Part shown: in pieces, positions 34,331-35,651 of the stretch
Numbering within the stretch: the first letter of the stretch is position 1
Layout: every line of letters begins with the position of its first letter
From: Candidatus Eiseniibacteriota bacterium
GTDB lineage: Bacteria > Eisenbacteria > RBG-16-71-46 > DASYSL01
Assembly (NCBI GenBank): GCA_046598045.1
Contig: JBKJJJ010000005.1
Coordinates: 1-35,651, forward strand
DNA: 35,651 nt
Reading direction: 5' to 3'
Position numbers and translations under genes: made by a program
The notes under the pieces: generated by a model
Database searches by the model: none
Told to the model about the DNA's origin: nothing
The model's input: the letters and a program-made list of their open reading frames with translations, nothing else

Positions 34331-34433
34331 GGGGAACCTCCAGGCACACGATCGATCGGGGGCGCCCCGGGGGAGGGAACGCCGGACGGGGCGACACCGG
34401 CTTTACGGCGGGATCCCATGTTAGGTTTCATCC

Positions 34434-35366
34434 ATGCCCGAATGGCCCGACGTCACCGTCTATGTCGAACACCTGGCATCCCGTGTCCTGGGATCGAGCC
34501 TGGAGGAGGTCCGGGTCCGCGGGCCCAACCTGCTGCGCACCGCCGACCCTCCGTTGTCCGATCTCAAGGGGCGCAGCGTGGAATCAGTTTCAAGGCTGGG
34601 CAAGCGGATTGTCTTCGAACTCTCGGGCGATCGTTTCCTCGCCCTTCATCTCATGATCGCCGGCCGGCTGCATTGGGTCGGCACCCTGGATCGGCCACGG
34701 TCCGCAGGGAAATTCGACCAGGCCGAGTTTCGTTTTTCCACAGGAACGCTCACACTCACCGAGGCCGGAACGAAGAAGCGGGCCGGTCTCCACTCCCTGC
34801 GTGGCCGGGCCGCACTCGCCGCGATCGACCCGGGCGGTCTGGAGCCGGTCGGCTCGGCCCCGGACGCGTTCGCCGCCGCGTTGCGCTCCGAGAACCACAC
34901 GCTCAAGCGCTCGCTCACCGACCCGCGGCTGTTCTCGGGCATCGGGAACGCCTACTCCGACGAGATCCTCCACCGGGCGTGCCTCTCCCCGCTGCGTCTC
35001 ACGCGGCAGCTCTCGGACGAGGACATCGCCCGTCTCCACGCCATGGTTTCAGAGGTCCTGCTCGAGTGGACGGAGCGCCTGCGCGCGGACGCCGGCGACA
35101 AGTTCCCCGAGCGCGTGACCGCGTTCCGGCCCGGGATGGCGGTACACGGGCGCTTCGGCAAGCCCTGTCCCGAGTGCGGGACGGCGATCCAGCGCATCAC
35201 CTACGCGCAGAAGAACGAGGTCAACTACTGCCCGCGCTGCCAGACCGAGGGCCGCCTACTGGCGGATCGCTCGCTTTCGCGGCTGCTCAGGGCGGACTGG
35301 CCGCGCACGATCGAGGAGCTGGAGGAGGGGCGGATGCGGCGCTCCGGCGAGCTCGACGTCGAGTAG
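34434..35366 (+). CDS. Fpg/Nei-family DNA glycosylase/AP lyase
   Basis: N-terminal MPE(W)PDV, R.GKR, HLMIAGRL, H2TH motif SGIGNAYSDEIL, C-terminal zinc finger CPEC...YCPRCQ. Confidence 0.93.
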   Translation: MPEWPDVTVYVEHLASRVLGSSLEEVRVRGPNLLRTADPPLSDLKGRSVESVSRLGKRIVFELSGDRFLALHLMIAGRLHWVGTLDRPRSAGKFDQAEFRFSTGTLTLTEAGTKKRAGLHSLRGRAALAAIDPGGLEPVGSAPDAFAAALRSENHTLKRSLTDPRLFSGIGNAYSDEILHRACLSPLRLTRQLSDEDIARLHAMVSEVLLEWTERLRADAGDKFPERVTAFRPGMAVHGRFGKPCPECGTAIQRITYAQKNEVNYCPRCQTEGRLLADRSLSRLLRADWPRTIEELEEGRMRRSGELDVE

Positions 35367-35506
35367 CCCCAGGGCGTGGGGCGGCGGGTTTTGACCTTCG
35401 CGCCGAACACGGTGCCCAAAATGTACAGGGTGACCTTGCGTACACCCTTCGCGAACCGAGGGTGCCTCCCACGGGCTTTACAAATCGACGCGCCCCCGGC
35501 CTCGTG

Positions 35507-35651
35507 CTACGACGTCGATTCGTGGACGACCAGGACGTAGATCTCGGCGACGCGATCGACCGTGATGCCATCGCGTTGCTCGATCGCGAGCGGGTGGTCG
35601 CCGGGCTCGAGCTCGATGAACGGGCGGAGCTTGTGGTCGAGCAGGTGCATC
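35507..35651 (-). CDS. 3' end of a DUF2199-like protein, truncated by the window edge; absent from the ORF track
   Basis: Hand translation ...MHLLDHKLRPFIELEPGDHPLAIEQRDGITVDRVAEIYVLVVHESTS*, resembling the RP.IELEP.DHPLA.EQR.GI C-terminal signature. Confidence 0.75.
   Translation of the reverse strand, partial: MHLLDHKLRPFIELEPGDHPLAIEQRDGITVDRVAEIYVLVVHESTS

Noticed and set aside
35400..35477. Partial resemblance to a c-di-GMP-I riboswitch (GGCA...ACGCAA on the minus strand) or an HDV-like ribozyme loop (GCC-TCCCACG-GGC)
   Set aside because: The GAAA tetraloop/receptor and the P1/P1.1 pairings are missing, and no gene lies downstream in the required orientation

Overview
A very GC-rich, diderm bacterial chromosomal segment with about 32 genes. 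I found no rRNA, tRNA, CRISPR array, IS/transposase or phage genes. A secreted repeat protein with a PNP...LELVDVAGRR...GVYWLRL C-terminal Ig-like domain suggests an FCB-adjacent candidate phylum such as Eisenbacteria (inference only). Left part: 3' end of an aconitase/LeuC-family gene, an 8-repeat secreted propeller protein, a lipoprotein, efp, a sigma54-type csbD/small-membrane-protein/OMP operon, a stand-alone Cys/His-rich microprotein, yceI, and a CPXCG Zn-ribbon protein divergent from a Zn-peptidase + ATP-grasp pair. Middle part: a rho-amidohydrolase-SDR-DUF6982-like run, a large secreted metzincin, cytochrome c + dsbD, GT4 + CPBP protease and HU. Right part: three tandem beta-barrel OMP paralogues, an MFP + two-RND operon, an Fpg/Nei glycosylase and the 3' end of a DUF2199-like gene. 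Most notable: (1) a Rho whose N-terminal RNA-binding domain is replaced by a ~245-aa Arg/Pro/Gly/Asp repeat region; (2) an RND transporter fused through an internal signal-peptide-like segment to a DUF4097-like domain; (3) a histone-less version of the Zn-finger known from bacterial ZZ-histones; (4) a possible carrier-protein/ligase/peptidase trio; (5) several structured intergenic RNA candidates. All family assignments come from motif recognition by eye, not from database searches.
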